From Oculina patagonica (taxonomy: Eukaryota): a DNA stretch of 64,000 nt. The stretch is taken from positions 62,001-126,000 of the forward strand of contig NC_135765.1 of assembly GCF_052425735.1 (NCBI RefSeq). Reading direction: 5' to 3'. Below are positions 61,857 through 64,000 of this stretch, piece by piece. Each line of letters starts with the position of its first letter. The stretch's first letter is position 1. The notes under the pieces are model-generated. The model saw nothing but the letters and a program-made list of their open reading frames with translations, made no database searches and was not told the origin of the DNA. A program made the position numbers and the translations under genes.

Positions 61857-62417
61857 TTACTCAGGAAGATCTTTATGCTCGCTTTCTAGAGTCGCTTGTG
61901 GTGCTGTGCTGTAATCAATGTGCTTTGCCGTTATCAAAGCAACAGAAGCTGGAGCAAGAAACTTGCCGTATTTGAAAGACAAACCGCCGACAAGATTGGA
62001 AAGCTCGTTGTTGATGATGTAGTCATTTTTAAGCTCTTTTTGCAAAGCTTCAATATTTTTTAAGGGCACGAACAGACTTGCGGCTTTCGTAAAAAGAGTG
62101 AGCGCGCTGTCGATAAGATTTTCTGTGGTCTTGGCCCCAACATACGCTTCGTACCTCTTGAAGTACTTTTCGACGTCTTTCTCGGTCAAGCGCTTTACCT
62201 GCTCGTGAGTTAGCTGCACACCGATTGCTTCTTTAGACTTGCCTGTTGAAACAAGTCTTGCAAGCTGTTCACGTAAAGCTGGAATGTCAGGTCCCGCTGC
62301 TTGCATCTCTGACGGCATACTGCCTGGTTCAGGTTCAAGCAATTCCATTACGGACGTTTCCAACATAATTCGTTCACTTGCAGTGATATCAGTGGAATTT
62401 GCGAACGGGTCAGCCAT
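61857..62417 (-). CDS. Viral hypothetical helical protein, 186 aa
   Basis: Clean ORF tiled between the ATPase and the 173-aa gene. Confidence 0.8.
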   Translation of the reverse strand: MADPFANSTDITASERIMLETSVMELLEPEPGSMPSEMQAAGPDIPALREQLARLVSTGKSKEAIGVQLTHEQVKRLTEKDVEKYFKRYEAYVGAKTTENLIDSALTLFTKAASLFVPLKNIEALQKELKNDYIINNELSNLVGGLSFKYGKFLAPASVALITAKHIDYSTAPQATLESEHKDLPE

Positions 62418-62438
62418 TTATTACTCAAAAAAATATGT

Positions 62439-63038
62439 TCAATAAAAAAATTCTGTGCCGTAAGGGTGGCGATGAGAAATAACAAGATGCGAAAACTTAT
62501 TTTTTTTTAGCTTTGAAATGACTTCTTTGTAATCTTCATGGGAAAGTTCGCCAGCGTAATCCTCAAAGATTGCCTTCGTGGTCTTGGCAGAGGGGGTGTA
62601 AAAGAAAACGATTGCAGCAACATTTTCACGGAATGAGGATGTAATGCTTGTCATTTTTTGAGTCAGCACCCACACGCTCAAACCTGCGTGGCGAGCAGAG
62701 AAAGCAAGATTTACTAACTCCCCCGTTCGACCTTTTACATCTTTCGAAGCAGCGCAGTCGTCGAGGATTATAAGCGTGTTCGCACCCTCAAAAAGAAATC
62801 TTGAAAGCTTTAACCAAGATTCAACCTCGTGCTGCTCACAAATGTAAACATAAAAGCGCGGATCTTCCTCAGCAAAGCGATAATAAGTCTTGTTGTGCGC
62901 GAAAGTCGGGCAGATGAGCACGATATAGTCAAACTTGCCTCGGAAAGGGCCACAAAGCTGATTGACCACGTACCTTGTTTTTCCTGAGTTTGTTGGTCCC
63001 ACAATGAGGGCGTTGAAGGGAATATTGGAAGGATCCAT
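62439..63038 (-). CDS. FtsK/A32-like genome packaging ATPase
   Basis: Walker A GPTNSGKT, Walker B LIILDD, ARH...VLTQ...REN motifs. Confidence 0.92.
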   Translation of the reverse strand: MDPSNIPFNALIVGPTNSGKTRYVVNQLCGPFRGKFDYIVLICPTFAHNKTYYRFAEEDPRFYVYICEQHEVESWLKLSRFLFEGANTLIILDDCAASKDVKGRTGELVNLAFSARHAGLSVWVLTQKMTSITSSFRENVAAIVFFYTPSAKTTKAIFEDYAGELSHEDYKEVISKLKKNKFSHLVISHRHPYGTEFFY

Positions 63039-63069
63039 GTCAGAACAGAACTTCGTTTGCGTTCGTATA

Positions 63070-64000
63070 TTATAAAAGCACAGATTCTAACTGCCTGTTA
63101 ATTATGTTCATCTGGGCGTCGCTGATTACGTAAATGTGGCAGTTCAAATTACCTGAGCCGCTTGTTTTCCTCTCTAGCTCAAGCTGGACACCGTCCTTTG
63201 TGTTCACAAGGCGCTTGCCGCTTCCGTGCATCGAGTGGTCAGCCATGGAACGCAGATCAATCAGAAGGCCGAACTTGTCTTCTGTGTAAAACTTTTGCAG
63301 GGTCATGTGCTGCGTTTTATTTTTTTCTTTCATGTAGAATCTTTTAACTTCTTCCCATATGTCCATTCCTTCGATGCCGTTGTTGTACAGCATGTTTGGC
63401 GAGCCGTTGACAGTGACGCTTACTTTTGTAAGGTCTGGGTTAATGTACTTTTCCGAGATCCTTGCACCTTTGGCATATTGCTCTATAAAAAGTAGCAAGA
63501 TACCTTTTAGGGACCTCCTCTGAGGGTTGACCTTAAGATTCAGACGTGTGTCGGATCCTTTTGCAAAAGTAACAACTTCGGCACGCTGGATGTGGTCGTA
63601 AGCGAACTCTTTGCCGCCCGAGTAAGCGCTGAACGCCTCATCTGCAATTTCCTTGCTTCTTATCATCTCGTACTCCAGCTGGATGTTTGTCAGCTTGTAT
63701 TTCAGTTTTGTCGGATCTGAGCCTCTGACAACATGTTCGGCTGCCGCGAGCTTCAGTTCGAACACAAGATCGTTGTATAGTGCCTGTGGATAAAATGCTC
63801 CGTGGTCAGTTAAAATCTGGTGTTCCAGGCGTATCCGGTATTTATTTCCATATAGCTCATTCAGCTTTTTTTCTGCGTCAACTCCTGAAGTTTTCTTATC
63901 GCCAGCATTTGAGCGAATTTTGTTGAGGTCCTCGCTTTGAATGCCCTCTGGCACCCTGTCGTCGCGCTCCTCCTGCGAAAGGAAAAAATCCTCAAATATT
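63070..64000 (-). CDS. Probable major capsid protein (double jelly-roll), N-terminus outside the window
   Basis: Frame stays open to 64000; beta-strand-rich pattern (YKLTNIQLEY, LKGILLLF, NPDLTKVSVTVNG, GLLIDLRS); adjacent to the packaging ATPase. Fold assignment is inferred. Confidence 0.75.
   Translation of the reverse strand, partial: IFEDFFLSQEERDDRVPEGIQSEDLNKIRSNAGDKKTSGVDAEKKLNELYGNKYRIRLEHQILTDHGAFYPQALYNDLVFELKLAAAEHVVRGSDPTKLKYKLTNIQLEYEMIRSKEIADEAFSAYSGGKEFAYDHIQRAEVVTFAKGSDTRLNLKVNPQRRSLKGILLLFIEQYAKGARISEKYINPDLTKVSVTVNGSPNMLYNNGIEGMDIWEEVKRFYMKEKNKTQHMTLQKFYTEDKFGLLIDLRSMADHSMHGSGKRLVNTKDGVQLELERKTSGSGNLNCHIYVISDAQMNIINRQLESVLL

Larger units (their letters stand above)
55227..64000. 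mobile_element. Polinton/Maverick (adintovirus-type) endogenous DNA virus, continuing past the window end
   Basis: Abrupt switch to dense intronless ORFs: protein-primed PolB, rve integrase, packaging ATPase, capsid-like protein. Left end begins with (AC)4. Confidence 0.93.

Overview
Eukaryotic, intron-rich, AT-rich animal DNA, most likely cnidarian (stony-coral-like repeats and domain content; inference), with two assembly gaps (7577-8076, ~30203-30345). Left to right: (1) the 3' part of a spliced gene encoding an AT-hook, a staphylococcal-nuclease (SNase) domain with all catalytic motifs intact, and a SET domain, which is my best candidate for an undescribed system; (2) MITEs, a LINE RT fragment and a small FEZ/SCHIP1-like coiled-coil gene; (3) a ~17-exon minus-strand gene joining a KIF16-like kinesin-3 motor, which has lost both switch-I Arg and switch-II Glu, to a PHLDB/LL5-type FHA, coiled coil and PH domain; (4) an SLC16-type MFS transporter; (5) a multi-exon EGF + WSC-like extracellular protein gene; (6) from ~55.2 kb to the window end, a near-intact Polinton/Maverick (adintovirus-type) endogenous virus inserted in or just 5' of that gene. 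The virus carries pPolB, integrase, several small membrane proteins, a packaging ATPase and a probable major capsid protein, plus a 115-bp terminal hairpin and a helically phased intergenic repeat. All calls come from manual motif reading and splice-phase checking; no database searches were run.
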